This document shows, in pieces, positions 1 through 10,494 of a DNA stretch of 32,000 nucleotides. Position 1 is the first letter of the stretch; each line of letters opens with the position of its first letter. The DNA lies in the NCBI RefSeq assembly GCF_008065095.1, contig NZ_CP042911.1:2760001-2792000 (forward strand), given 5' to 3'. The position numbers were made by a program, and so were the translations under genes. The notes below the pieces were generated by a model. That model was not told the DNA's origin, did no database searches, and saw nothing but the letters and a program-made list of their open reading frames with translations. Origin of the DNA: Gemmata obscuriglobus. GTDB lineage: Bacteria; Planctomycetota; Planctomycetia; Gemmatales; Gemmataceae.

Positions 1-19
1 GGCGAGATCGAAGGTGCGA

Positions 20-616
20 ATGCTGTCGTTGCGAAAGCCGTCGGCCGACACGCTGCGCCCGTTCCTGGCGGCGCAGTCGGACCTGCCGTTCACCTATGCG
101 GCGGTGGGCGCAACCGCCGGCACCCCGCCCGACGGGTTCGACGTGGACCGCACCCGCACCAAACTGGGGGAGGGCGAACCGGTGTTCCGCTCGGCGGTCG
201 ACGCACTGCGGCGGTGGGAGCAGTTCCGGCTGGGCTGGGTCGAGGCCTGGTCGCCGGACACGCCCATCCGAACCGGCGCGGTGGTGGCGGTGATGGGCCG
301 GGCCGTCGGGCTGTGGTGGCTCAACGCCTGCCGGATCGTGTACACCGTGGACGAGGCGGGGCCGGTGTCGAGGTTCGGGTTCGCCTACGGGACGCTGCCG
401 GGCCACGTCGAGCGCGGGGAGGAGCGGTTCCTGATCGAGTGGGACCGGGCAAGCGGCGGCGTGTGGTACGACATCCTGGCGTTCTCCCGCCCGAAGCACG
501 TCTTGGCCCGCATCGGCTACCCCGTGGTGCGGCGCAAGCAGAAGCGGTTCGGGCGGCACTCGGCGGCGGCGATGCTCCGGGCCATCCGCCCCGCCGGGGC
601 CGGTCATCCCGAATGA
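20..616 (+). CDS. DUF1990 family protein
   Basis: ORF 14..616. The translation (..LPFTYAAVGAT..PDGF..R..LGEGEPVFRSAVDALRRWEQF..) fits the DUF1990 pattern. ATG at 20 is preceded by GAAGG. GTG at 14 is an alternative start, and the frame is open to the window edge. High GC3. Confidence 0.8.
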   Translation: MLSLRKPSADTLRPFLAAQSDLPFTYAAVGATAGTPPDGFDVDRTRTKLGEGEPVFRSAVDALRRWEQFRLGWVEAWSPDTPIRTGAVVAVMGRAVGLWWLNACRIVYTVDEAGPVSRFGFAYGTLPGHVERGEERFLIEWDRASGGVWYDILAFSRPKHVLARIGYPVVRRKQKRFGRHSAAAMLRAIRPAGAGHPE

Positions 617-691
617 CTGGAGTCAGGGGACGCGGTATGATCGCCGAAAAGCAACTTCGATCCGAACCGCTCAGGTGGCTCAAAACCGAAT

Positions 692-977
692 CCAGTAGTT
701 TCAAGTTCCAGGTTCCAAGTTCCACGTCAAGCCAAACGGCACACGGGCGGTCCGGAGCGGGTACCGAGTCCCATCGTTTCAAGTTCGCGCGGCCGTGGCG
801 ATCGGCCGGGAGCCCAGAGCACGCCGAAGTTACACCGGCCTGCGGACGCCGACGGTTCGACCGTGGCTCGTCGAACCGTCGGCATCCGCAGGCCGGTGGC
901 GCACGCACGTGACCAACTTGGAACGACTGGAGCCGGTTTCCACTTGGAACTTGGAACCTGGAATTTGAAACTACTGG
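692..977. repeat. 286-bp element bounded by 33-bp terminal inverted repeats (MITE-like or structured RNA), with an internal 27-bp hairpin at 835..896
   Basis: 692..724 ccagtagtttcaagttccaggttccaagttcca is the reverse complement of 945..977 except for one position, which would be a G.U pair in RNA. Inside, 835..861 pairs with 870..896 (27 bp, one C/A mismatch, 8-nt loop). AAT is present on both flanks (689..691 and 978..980). No ORF with coding-like GC3. Confidence 0.6.
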
Positions 978-992
978 AATGACGTTGACGCC

Positions 993-1154
993 ATGACCGA
1001 CGGCTTGGTCGAGTACAAGAAGACTCAGTACCCGGACGACCGGCGGCGGATTCTTGTCTGCGGCATCCCGGACGGCAAGGTGCGGGTGGAGTTGCTCTCC
1101 GCCGCACCCGGCACCGATTCGATCTGGGAGTTCAAACTCTACGGTCTGGTGTGA
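993..1154 (+). CDS. small hypothetical protein (53 aa) ending at a TGA that is followed by in-frame coding-like sequence
   Basis: ATG 993 to TGA 1152..1154. About 87% GC3, typical of real genes here. Below the ORF-track length cut-off. No clear SD. See the finding on 993..1265. Confidence 0.35.
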   Translation: MTDGLVEYKKTQYPDDRRRILVCGIPDGKVRVELLSAAPGTDSIWEFKLYGLV

Positions 1155-1296
1155 ACGGGCGAGCGGACACAGGCGATCCGGTACTTGCGCGAGACTCGCC
1201 AGATGGCCCGCCGGGAGGCGGAACGCAAAGTGAAGGCGGTCGTCGCCGAGTTGGGGATGCAGTAGCGGACATCAGAGCCAATCACGGGAGGCACGA

Positions 1297-1851
1297 GTGG
1301 CGAAGCGAAAGAAGCCCGGCGCCGGGATCACCGAGGACGTGCGGCCCGCGTTTGAGGAGATCGCCCGGCTGGTTGAGACGTTCTGCCAGAAACACCTGAA
1401 CGAAGAGTACGCCGAACTCTGCCGACGCCTGACCGAGAAACTGGCCCGCAAGCGTCCGTCGCCGCTCCTCGGCGGCAAGCCGACCACCTGGGCCTGTGGC
1501 ATCGTGCGCACGGTCGGGTGGGTGAACTATTTAGACGACCGGGACCAGACGCCCCACATGAAGCTGACCGCCATCGACAAGGCGTTCGGGGTCGGCGAAA
1601 GTACGGGCCAGGGGAAGTCCGTGCTGATCCGCAAGATGTTCAAGATCAGGTCGATGGACCCGGCCTGGACGCTCCGCAGTCGAATGGACCGCAACCCGAC
1701 GGCCTGGATGATTCAGATCAACGGGTTCATCATCGACGCCCGGTATCTGAAGCGGGAGGTTCAGGAGGAGGCGCTTCGCAAGGGGCTGATCCCGTACATC
1801 CCCGAACGACCGCCGTCCGTTGCTGACGAGCAACCGGACACCGCGGAGTAG
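1297..1851 (+). CDS. DUF6398 domain-containing protein
   Basis: GTG start with GGGAGG 6 nt upstream. Motifs FCQKHLNEEYAELCRRLTEKLARKRPSPLL, WACGIVRTVGWVNYL, NPTAWMIQINGFIIDARYL and EEALRKGLIPYIP match my recollection of the DUF6398 family. Confidence 0.8.
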   Translation: MAKRKKPGAGITEDVRPAFEEIARLVETFCQKHLNEEYAELCRRLTEKLARKRPSPLLGGKPTTWACGIVRTVGWVNYLDDRDQTPHMKLTAIDKAFGVGESTGQGKSVLIRKMFKIRSMDPAWTLRSRMDRNPTAWMIQINGFIIDARYLKREVQEEALRKGLIPYIPERPPSVADEQPDTAE

Positions 1852-2006
1852 GACAACGGCGAAGTCGAAACCGGGAACGGTCGGCTCGCTACACGGGACG
1901 TGCAACCCTGTGTCGGGTGGATTTTGCAAAGGTAATAAAGCGATGGAAACGACGCTTTGAGAGCGACGCCCATCGCGGTAATCGCACAGTCAAAAATGTC
2001 GATCGC

Positions 2007-2042
2007 AATTGGCGCCGGTGCGTTCGATCACCGGCGCCAATT
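2007..2042. terminator. perfect 14-bp stem / 8-nt loop hairpin between convergent genes
   Basis: aattggcgccggtg (2007..2020) pairs with caccggcgccaatt (2029..2042). It lies between the stop of 1297..1851(+) and the stop of 2129..2320(-). No U-tract. Confidence 0.45.
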
Positions 2043-2060
2043 CGGGTCACCCCTGTGTGG

Positions 2061-2088
2061 CCGTGTCGGGGCGTGAGCCGCGACACGG
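2061..2088 (-). terminator. 8-bp GC-rich hairpin downstream of the minus-strand lipoprotein gene
   Basis: ccgtgtcg (2061..2068) pairs with cgacacgg (2081..2088). It sits 40 nt past the stop at 2129. Confidence 0.3.
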
Positions 2089-2128
2089 TAACCGGCAACG
2101 TCGTGCGACACGCGGCCCACGGTAGCTT

Positions 2129-2320
2129 CTACTGCTCAGACGCTCCACCCTGTGGGGCCTTCGCCTTTCCTCCGTCTTTCGGTCCCGGTCCGCCGCTTCC
2201 GGCTACCCCCTTCGGCAGGGACTGGTTCAGGTTCGTCGGTATCGGCTCCGCTTTCGACCCACAGCCGATAGCAGTGCTCACACCGAGCAGAATCATTACT
2301 TTGAAACTTGTTCGCAACAT
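2129..2320 (-). CDS. small lipoprotein (63 aa), partner of the upstream DUF1559 gene
   Basis: Internal ATG at 2320 of ORF 2129..2416 gives MLRTSFKVMILLGVSTAIGC/GSK.., a signal peptide plus lipobox. The mature part is Gly/Pro/Lys-rich. It lies 106 nt downstream of 2427..3506. Confidence 0.6.
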   Translation of the reverse strand: MLRTSFKVMILLGVSTAIGCGSKAEPIPTNLNQSLPKGVAGSGGPGPKDGGKAKAPQGGASEQ

Positions 2321-2426
2321 TTCGATTGCTCTGAGTTGAATGTCGTGGCAAAAAGCGTGTGGTCGTAGCCGCGTTCCCCGAGCACAAGCAATCCGGGGGC
2401 GCGGCTGCGATCTCAAGCCGACGTCG

Positions 2427-3506
2427 TTAGTTCATCAACTGGCCGGCGTTAAACGTGTCGCCGTCGGCCGCACCGGACAACTGCTGGAGGATCAGCCAGT
2501 CGCCGCCACTGGGGAGCGGGTTCCGAACACCGGCCGAACCCGGGCGCAGCGTCCGCACCGACCCGTCGCCCAAGGAGAAGTTGATGACGCCGCCCGTGTG
2601 CATGCTGCCGAAGCAGAGCGGGAGGGCGCCCGACGAACCGCCGGTGCCGGTGGTGCTCAGACCGTTGTGCAACCCGAATTTGGTCGGCATCGCTCCGACA
2701 CCCATCCACGAGATACCACCGAAGAGGTTCGGGTCGGACGGGTTCTTACCCAGCGTCTCGCCGAAAGCCAGTGTGTTCGACGTGCCATCGGTGATCGCGG
2801 TGATTTTCGTTTGCGACCGGTTGTAGTAAATGCCGCGGTACTTTTGCAGGCTGATGCCCGGACCGTCGGACGCGGAACTGGTCGAGACGTTGTCACCCAG
2901 CGCGCCGGCAACGCCGGTGTAGTTCGTGATTCCGATGTCGTACTGGTTGCCGTTCGTGAACCATCCCCAGGTGCATGCGTTGGTGCCCGATACCGCGGGG
3001 TCCGGACCCAGGTTAACAATCGCGCCGTTGGTGGACGAGGTCGCACCCGGGTTCGGGTCGGCCGGGCAGCGGAACATTTTGATCTTCGTGGTGGACAAGC
3101 TGTAATCAGGGTTTCCGCCCCACCACTGTGCGGCCGTGAACGTGCCGTTCGCCGCCGTGAACGTCGTCACGGTGTACGTGCCCCTGTACTGCTTGAACAA
3201 GTTATCCTGTTCGAGGTACGGCAGCATGAAGAACAGCGAACTGGCGATCTGGCCGCCCCAAAAACCGCCGCTGGCGTTGCCGCCCAAAAAGCCCGGAGGC
3301 AGGACGCCGTTGGCCGATTCGTAATTGTGAGAAGCCAGCCCGATCTGCTTGAGGTTGTTCTGGCAGCTCATCCGCGCGGCGGCTTCGCGCACCTTCTGGA
3401 CTGCGGGCAGCAGAAGCCCGATGAGGATCGCAATGATCGCGATCACAACCAACAACTCAATGAGGGTGAAGCCGGAACGTTTTCGCCCCGAACGAGCAAC
3501 GGACAT
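2427..3506 (-). CDS. prepilin-type N-terminal cleavage/methylation domain protein, DUF1559 / H-X9-DG family
   Basis: Leader [59 protein letters not shown]-terminal [25 protein letters not shown] 8 nt upstream of the ATG. Confidence 0.9.
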   Translation of the reverse strand: MSVARSGRKRSGFTLIELLVVIAIIAILIGLLLPAVQKVREAAARMSCQNNLKQIGLASHNYESANGVLPPGFLGGNASGGFWGGQIASSLFFMLPYLEQDNLFKQYRGTYTVTTFTAANGTFTAAQWWGGNPDYSLSTTKIKMFRCPADPNPGATSSTNGAIVNLGPDPAVSGTNACTWGWFTNGNQYDIGITNYTGVAGALGDNVSTSSASDGPGISLQKYRGIYYNRSQTKITAITDGTSNTLAFGETLGKNPSDPNLFGGISWMGVGAMPTKFGLHNGLSTTGTGGSSGALPLCFGSMHTGGVINFSLGDGSVRTLRPGSAGVRNPLPSGGDWLILQQLSGAADGDTFNAGQLMN

Positions 3507-3739
3507 GAGAATACTCCCTCAACGAGCGCGCTGACTCAGCGCGGGAACAGAGAGACGTTCCCTGACGAGCGCGTGCCCAGGCTTGGCCGGCAGACCGGCA
3601 ATACGAATGAACGGACAATCAGGAGATTACGAGAGCGAGCAAGGTGAGTGAAAATAGACCGGTTGCCTAATGCGATGCTAAAGCGAGAGAGGCATCACAC
3701 CAATCAGCAACCGGGATGAGTTCACCCCGCTAAGTAAAT

Positions 3740-3768
3740 ATAATTCACATGAAATCGCTCGGTGTCAA
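3740..3768 (-). promoter_or_regulatory. sigma-70-like promoter candidate (TTGACA-N17-AATTAT) in an AT-rich island upstream of the DUF1559 gene
   Basis: The reverse complement of 3763..3768 is TTGACA and that of 3740..3745 is AATTAT, with a 17-nt spacer. The local GC is far below the window average. It would give a 5' UTR of about 225 nt. Confidence 0.25.
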
Positions 3769-4199
3769 TCGTTTTCTCACAATTTCAGTTCTGACCCGCC
3801 CGGCATCACGCTGTTGATGTGACGCCGGGCGAATCTGGAGTAACGAGTGGGATTGTTCCGCCGGTACTGGCGCGTTTGCGAAACTCGGCGGTGCGTCTGT
3901 TGCCCGCGGAGTGTCGCGCGCGATCTGGTAACCCCGTGCGGTTCCGGGACCAGTACTCGTTCATCCGCCCTTGATGCGGCATTCCACACCCCCCAATCCT
4001 GTCGGTTACCCAGGACCACTCCGTGTTTCATGTCTGGCGGTGTGGCAACCCGGCCGGCGTCAGACGGCCGGGGCTGATCCCGAACGCCCGCCGCCGTGTG
4101 GAACGCGGACCGGCACTGGCCGGTTCCTGGCGCTTTGGTAGTTGCGGTTGTGTGGTGTGAGCAGATTGTGTAAATCGCATCGGCGGACTCGGTCGATAA

Positions 4200-5219
<1,020 letters not shown>

Positions 5220-5244
5220 CCGCTCACCGCACCAGGAGAGAACT

Positions 5245-6366
5245 GTGGACGCGACACCCGAGCCCGACACCAACGCGACGCCCGTCGAGCCGGTCCTCGG
5301 CCACAGCGCCCCGGAGCGGCTCCAGGTCATGGAGACGCGGCTCGCGGCCATGGTCGAGCAGGCGTACAGCATGCGGCAGGAGGTGGCCCGGATGCACACC
5401 GAGGTCACCCGGTTGCGCGCGCTCGTGTCCCCGCCGCGGCCCAAACTGCCCTGGAAGATTTGGATCCGGCACCACACCAAGGAGCTGCTCAAGCTGAAGG
5501 TGCGGCTCGGCAAACTGGAGTTCGCCAACGAGCCGAAGGAGGTGTGGGTGCCGCGCCGGTACCACCGCGTGCCGCGCCTCACGAACCCGCCCACCATCTC
5601 GATCGCCACCCCGTCGTTCAACCAGGGGCGGTTCCTCGAGCAGACCATCCGCAGCGTGCTCGACCAGGACTACCCCCGGCTCGAGTACGTGGTCCAGGAC
5701 GGGGGATCGACCGACAGCACCCACGAGGTGCTGAACCGGTACCGCACGCGCCTGTCCCGGTGCGAGTCGCGCAAGGACAACGGCCAGTCCCACGCCATCA
5801 ACCTCGGGCTCGCGGGGACCACCGGCGAGATCATGGCCTACCTCAACTCCGACGACCTGCTGCTGCCGGGCGCGCTGCACACCGTCGCCCGGTTTTTTCA
5901 GGACCACCCGGACGTCGACGTGGTTTACGGGCACCGCGTGCTGATCAACGGCGAGGGCCAGGAGATCGGGCGGTGGGTGATCCCGCACCACGACGACGAG
6001 GTGCTCCGGTGGGCCGATTACGTGCCCCAGGAAACCATGTTCTGGCGGCGCCGCATATGGGATAAGGTGGGCGGGATCGACGAGAGCTTTCGGTTCGCGA
6101 TGGATTGGGACCTGCTGCTGCGGTTCCAGGCCGCCGGGGCCAAGTTCTACCGTTACCCGCGGTTCCTCGGGGCGTTTCGCATCCACGGGAACTCCAAGAC
6201 CATGACCGTGGTCAGCACGCAGGGCGAGTTGGAAATGGCCCGGCTGCGCGAGCGCTCACTCGGGCGCGTGCCGGACCCTCTGGAGATCAAGGCCGCGGTG
6301 CGCCGGTACCTCGGCTGGCACGTCTTCCATGACCGCATGTATAATCTTGGTATTTTTAGATATTGA
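5245..6366 (+). CDS. glycosyltransferase family 2 protein with an N-terminal coiled-coil extension
   Basis: ISIATPSFNQGRFLEQTIRSVLDQDYPRLEYVVQDGGSTD .. AYLNSDD .. ETMFWRRRIW. GTG 5245 has AGGAGAG 5 nt upstream. ATG at 5329 is an alternative start. Confidence 0.85.
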   Translation: MDATPEPDTNATPVEPVLGHSAPERLQVMETRLAAMVEQAYSMRQEVARMHTEVTRLRALVSPPRPKLPWKIWIRHHTKELLKLKVRLGKLEFANEPKEVWVPRRYHRVPRLTNPPTISIATPSFNQGRFLEQTIRSVLDQDYPRLEYVVQDGGSTDSTHEVLNRYRTRLSRCESRKDNGQSHAINLGLAGTTGEIMAYLNSDDLLLPGALHTVARFFQDHPDVDVVYGHRVLINGEGQEIGRWVIPHHDDEVLRWADYVPQETMFWRRRIWDKVGGIDESFRFAMDWDLLLRFQAAGAKFYRYPRFLGAFRIHGNSKTMTVVSTQGELEMARLRERSLGRVPDPLEIKAAVRRYLGWHVFHDRMYNLGIFRY

Positions 6367-6623
6367 CAGGTTTGATGAGGCGGACCGCCCTGGTCGATGG
6401 TGCGCGGCGCTCGGCTTGAAGTGCGGCCTTTGTGATGCCCGCGAAGTTAGAGGCTCCGCCCGGCTTCCACACCGGCCGACGAGGACAATGGCCGCGAGCG
6501 AACGCCCGAACCTGACCCAACTGCCAGGACCAACACACTCAACGGCGCCGGCCCGCCGCGTTCAGGGACCGGCGCTTCGGCCGCCCCTCCCCGAATCGCC
6601 ACCCCACGCATGTCCGGCGGCGC

Positions 6624-6839
6624 TCACTCCAACGGTGTTGTGGACGCGGGCCGCGCCCAGACCGGTAGCACGACCCACCCCGGGGCGCGCCCGCGGTTCG
6701 GCACCGCGCGGAGGGCCGCGGCGTAGGTCGGGAACCGGCCGGCGCTGACCCAGGAGTTGTTCGCCCGGTAGCACCGCCAGATCTCGAACGTGATCGGGGC
6801 GTCGGGAGCGGCTTCGAGTACGGCTTCGGTGGGCGTCAC
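6624..6839 (-). CDS. hypothetical protein (71 aa)
   Basis: GTG start with AGGAG 8 nt upstream. Very high GC3. No recognisable domain. Confidence 0.55.
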   Translation of the reverse strand: MTPTEAVLEAAPDAPITFEIWRCYRANNSWVSAGRFPTYAAALRAVPNRGRAPGWVVLPVWARPASTTPLE

Positions 6840-7141
6840 GGCGGCGTCTCCTGCGGTAGTTCGCGGCTCCCACAGAGGTTATCGAGCGGTTCCGCCGCCG
6901 GTTGCCCGCGCCCGCGGCGGCGGAACACGTTTCCCGTCTTCGAGCGTATCGCGTCACGCGCCGCCGCGCCTCGACGCGGCCGCCTCAGTTCCGCCAGACG
7001 CACGCGCGGCAATTTGCGTGAATGTGATGCTCGGTGTTTGGGTTGTAAAGCGCGCCGCCTGCGGCCGCGCGGGCCGCGGCACGCGACCGGTCGTCGCGCT
7101 GCGGTTCGCTTGAAGAGGAGCGGCGTTCGGACGAAGGGCCG

Positions 7142-8131
7142 TCAGGCCGGGCGCTCGGCGACACACACCATACAGTCCGATGAGCCGGCGAGGTAGCACG
7201 CCCAGGCCGCCAGGCGCGCCGCCGGCTTCCACTGGAGGAGCCGGGCGAACGGGCCCGCGGCGCCGACCGCGGCCGCGCGCCGCGCGCTCATGCGGAGCCA
7301 GTCGCTGTGCCGGAACTGTCGCACCGGGGCCGCGCGGAACCCGGCCGCCTGGAGCATGGCCGTGAGCGTGCCGGGGGCGAAGTGCGTGAGGTGCCGCGGC
7401 AGGTCCAGCCCGAACCACGCCGGGCCGAACAGCCGGTACGGGGCGCTCTCGATGTTCGGGGTCGCGACGACCAGCTTGCCCCCCGGTATCAGGAGCTTGA
7501 ACGCCTCCCGCAGCAGCTCGAGGGGCCGGTGGATGTGCTCGAGCGAGTGCCACATGGTCACCACATCGAACGAGCCCGGGGCGAGGTCCGGGTGGGGCAG
7601 CGAGCCCACCAGGGCGGGCAGCCCGTAGCCCGTGCGGACGGCGTCGATCACACCGGGGCAAGAGTCCAGCCCGGTGACCGCCCAGCCGCGATCGGCCATC
7701 GTTTTGAGGAACCCGCCGGTGCCGCACCCGAAGTCGAGCAGCCGCCCCGGCCCGGGCCAGGGCAACGCGCCCCGCCGCTCGGCGCACGGGCGGCCGAACA
7801 GTCGCGCGAGGAGCGGGCGCGCCCGGCGGGTGCGGCGCGGCTGCCGGGGGCGGCGGTGCGGCTCGTAGTCCGGCGGGTAGAAGCGGGTGATGGCGCGCTC
7901 GCTCGGCCGCGGGTTCGTGAAGACCAGCGCGCACCGGCGGCACCTGACGACCGCGAACATCAGGCCGGTTTTCGGCGGCGGGAGCGGGTCCGGGGCTTCG
8001 AGCACGGGCGGCCCCGGGTCCGCGTCGGACCCGCACAGCGGGCACGGCGACTCGTCCCACGCGACGGCGGACGCGCGCGCGGGCGCCGGCACGCTGTCTG
8101 TTTGGATCGCTAGGGGCGGGCGGTTCATCAT
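7142..8131 (-). CDS. class I SAM-dependent methyltransferase
   Basis: LLDFGCGTGGF (motif I), FDVVTMWHSLEHIHRP and LIPGGKLVV, with an N-terminal CPLCG..CRRC zinc-ribbon-like segment. The track ORF starts at TTG 8137. I prefer ATG 8131. Confidence 0.85.
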   Translation of the reverse strand: MMNRPPLAIQTDSVPAPARASAVAWDESPCPLCGSDADPGPPVLEAPDPLPPPKTGLMFAVVRCRRCALVFTNPRPSERAITRFYPPDYEPHRRPRQPRRTRRARPLLARLFGRPCAERRGALPWPGPGRLLDFGCGTGGFLKTMADRGWAVTGLDSCPGVIDAVRTGYGLPALVGSLPHPDLAPGSFDVVTMWHSLEHIHRPLELLREAFKLLIPGGKLVVATPNIESAPYRLFGPAWFGLDLPRHLTHFAPGTLTAMLQAAGFRAAPVRQFRHSDWLRMSARRAAAVGAAGPFARLLQWKPAARLAAWACYLAGSSDCMVCVAERPA

Positions 8132-8343
8132 CTGCAACCCGTCCGTGGGTCGGCTGTGCGGGACAATTCGGCAAAACTTAACCTGCCGCCGTTTTGGGAG
8201 TCAAGGCGCCTTCGAGTCGAGCGGCGGCGGCGTGACGGTTGCTACCGTCCGTATGCGGGTGTAACCTCCGCGCCCGGGGCCGTACAACACCCGGAGCCGC
8301 GCGGCACACGTGCGGCTCCTCTTCCCCGATCCCGAGTCCTGTC

Positions 8344-10395
8344 ATGCGCTACCTGGTTGCGGTGGCCCTTCTCTCGCTCCCCGCGGCGGCCCGCGCCGCC
8401 GAGTACGATGTCGTGGTGTACGGCGGAACGGCCGGCGGCGCGATGGCGGCCGTGCAGGCCGCGCGGATGGGTAAAACGGTCGTGCTGGTGGAACCGGGCG
8501 CGCACATCGGCGGGCTCACCAGCGGCGGGCTCGGGTGGACCGACAGCGGCGACAAGCGCGTCATCGGCGGGCTCGCGCGGGCGTTCTACCAGCGGGTCAA
8601 AAAGCACTACGACGCCCCAGAGGCGTGGACCCACCAGAAGCGCGAGGGGTACCCGTTCTACCGCAAGGACGAGGACGCCATGTGGACGTTCGAGCCCAAG
8701 GTGGCCGAGCAGATCCTGCGGGACTTCCTCAAAGAGGCCAAGGTGGAGGTCGTGTTCGGGCAGCGGCTCGACCGCGCGAAGGGCGTGGCGCTCGACGGCA
8801 AGCGCATCACCTCGCTCAGCACCGAGGGCGGGAAGACGTTCGCGGGCAAGATGTTCATCGACGCCACCTACGAGGGCGACCTGATGGCTGCGGCGGGCGT
8901 CTCGTTCGCCGTGGGGCGCGAGCCGAACTCGCGCTACGACGAGGCGCTCAACGGCGTGGCCCGCAAGTGGAACCAGCACACCCACCGGTTCACCGCGAAG
9001 GTGGACCCGTATGTCAAGCCCGGCGACCCCAAAAGCGGGCTCCTGTTCGGCATCGACGCCGACCCGCTCCCGGCCGACGGCGAGGGGGACAAGCGGGTCC
9101 AGGCGTACTGCTTCCGCATGTGCATGACCGACGTGCCCGAGAACCGCGTGCCGTTCGAGAAGCCGCAGGACTTCGACGAGGCGAAGTACGAGCTGCTGTT
9201 CCGGAACTTCGAGGCCGGGGACCTGCGGGTGCCTATCAAGCCGGACCGGATGCCCAACGGTAAGACCGACACCAACAACAACTTCGCCGTGAGCACCGAC
9301 TTCATCGGCCAGAACTACAAGTACCCCGAGGCCGGGTACGCGGAGCGCGAGAAGATCGTTGCCGCGCACCTGAGTTACCAGAAGGGGCTCATGTGGGCGC
9401 TCCAGAACCACCGCCGGGTGCCCCAGAAGGTGCGCGACCAGTTCGCGAAGTGGGGGCTGGCGAAGGACGAGTTCACCGACACCGGGCACTGGCCGCACCA
9501 GATCTACGTGCGCGAGGCCCGGCGCATGGTGGCGGACTACGTCGTCACCGAACAGGACTGCCGGCGCCGGCGGGACACCCCGATGTCCGTCGGGATGGGG
9601 TCGTACAACATGGACTCGCACAACTGCTGCCGGTACGTCACGGCCGACGGGTTCGTTCAGAACGAGGGGGACGTGCAGGTGTCCCCCGGCGGGCCGTACC
9701 GCATCAGCTACAAGTCGATCGTGCCGCAAACCGGCGAGTGCCCCAACCTGTTCGTGCCGGTGTGCCTGAGCTGCTCCCACATCGCTTACGGGTCGGTCCG
9801 GATGGAGCCGGTGTTCATGGTGCTCGGCCAGAGCGCCGCGACCGCCGCGTGCCTGGCCATCGACACCAAGGTGGACGCGCAGAAACTGGACTACGACGCG
9901 CTGCGGAAGCGGCTGCTGGCCGACGGCCAGGTGCTGGAGTCCGCCGCGCCGCCGTCGGCCGGCGCCGTGGACCCGAAGAAGCTGGCGGGCGTGGTGGTGG
10001 ACGACGCCGACGCGGAGCGCACGGGCTTTGAAACGGTCAGCTCGACCATCGGGCCGTTCGTCGGCTTCGGCTACCGGCACGACGGCAACGCGGACCGGGG
10101 CAAGCAGACGGCCAAGTTCGTGCCCGATCTCCCGGCGGCCGGTAAGTACGAGGTGCGGGTGGCGTACTCCGCCAACGCGAACCGCGCGTCGAACGCGGCG
10201 GTGACGGTGACCCACGCCGGCGGCGCGACCGAAAAGACGGTGGACCAGAAGAAGAAGCCGCCGATCGACGGGCTGTGGGTGTCGCTCGGGACGTTCGAGT
10301 TTGCCAAGGGGAAGGGCGGCAGCGTCACCATCACGAACGTCGGCGCCGACGGGTACGTGATTCTGGACGCGGTCCAGTTCGTGCCGGTGAAGTGA
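8344..10395 (+). CDS. secreted FAD-dependent oxidoreductase with a C-terminal carbohydrate-binding-like beta-sandwich
   Basis: Internal ATG at 8344 gives the signal peptide MRYLVAVALLSLPAAARA, followed by the dinucleotide-binding motif YDVVVYGGTAGGAMAAVQAAR.G..V.LVE. The C-terminal ~120 aa (GKYEVRVAYSANANRASNA..VILDAVQFVPV) resemble CBM-type tails. Confidence 0.8.
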   Translation: MRYLVAVALLSLPAAARAAEYDVVVYGGTAGGAMAAVQAARMGKTVVLVEPGAHIGGLTSGGLGWTDSGDKRVIGGLARAFYQRVKKHYDAPEAWTHQKREGYPFYRKDEDAMWTFEPKVAEQILRDFLKEAKVEVVFGQRLDRAKGVALDGKRITSLSTEGGKTFAGKMFIDATYEGDLMAAAGVSFAVGREPNSRYDEALNGVARKWNQHTHRFTAKVDPYVKPGDPKSGLLFGIDADPLPADGEGDKRVQAYCFRMCMTDVPENRVPFEKPQDFDEAKYELLFRNFEAGDLRVPIKPDRMPNGKTDTNNNFAVSTDFIGQNYKYPEAGYAEREKIVAAHLSYQKGLMWALQNHRRVPQKVRDQFAKWGLAKDEFTDTGHWPHQIYVREARRMVADYVVTEQDCRRRRDTPMSVGMGSYNMDSHNCCRYVTADGFVQNEGDVQVSPGGPYRISYKSIVPQTGECPNLFVPVCLSCSHIAYGSVRMEPVFMVLGQSAATAACLAIDTKVDAQKLDYDALRKRLLADGQVLESAAPPSAGAVDPKKLAGVVVDDADAERTGFETVSSTIGPFVGFGYRHDGNADRGKQTAKFVPDLPAAGKYEVRVAYSANANRASNAAVTVTHAGGATEKTVDQKKKPPIDGLWVSLGTFEFAKGKGGSVTITNVGADGYVILDAVQFVPVK

Positions 10396-10494
10396 TTGCT
10401 ATCGCGTGCCGCACGCCGTCGCACGACCGGCGTCCGTCATGTCTTCGGGAGGTTTAGGAGGAATCATCATAACCCGGCTGGTAGTGTCTGATTC

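Noticed and set aside
692-977. Retron-like msr/msd architecture (flanking inverted repeats plus a long internal hairpin)
   Set aside because: There is no reverse transcriptase gene in the neighbourhood, and the downstream genes are a 53-aa ORF and a DUF6398 protein. The arms are much longer than retron a1/a2 repeats.
3350-3480. Approximately 120-bp near-identical segments recurring four times (also about 13290..13400, 17440..17550 and 27484..27610), considered as a repeat array or CRISPR-like feature
   Set aside because: They are the conserved 5' coding regions of the four DUF1559 paralogues. They are spaced 10 kb apart in mixed orientation, not short regularly spaced repeats. No CRISPR array is present in the window.
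3777-4031. Possible 84-aa minus-strand ORF (MKHGVVLGNRQDWGVW...) in the fcl upstream spacer
   Set aside because: GC3 is only about 70%, against 85-90% in the confident genes. The composition is very Arg-rich, there is no SD and no recognisable domain. It is the tail of the long antisense ORF. Not reported as a gene.
6840-7141. Arg-rich minus-strand frame ending in a TGA that overlaps the GTG start of the 71-aa ORF (GTGA junction)
   Set aside because: From the GTG in-frame start I found it would be only 55 aa. The composition is extremely Arg/Ala/Gly-rich and there is no SD, so the overlap is likely fortuitous.
6954-8174. 406-aa minus-strand ORF overlapping the methyltransferase in another frame
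   Set aside because: Pro/Ala/Arg low-complexity translation. The overlapping frame 7142..8131 carries clear SAM-methyltransferase motifs.
8242-10215. 657-aa ORF antisense to the FAD oxidoreductase
   Set aside because: An antisense shadow ORF with no motifs, while the sense frame has a signal peptide and an FAD-binding motif.
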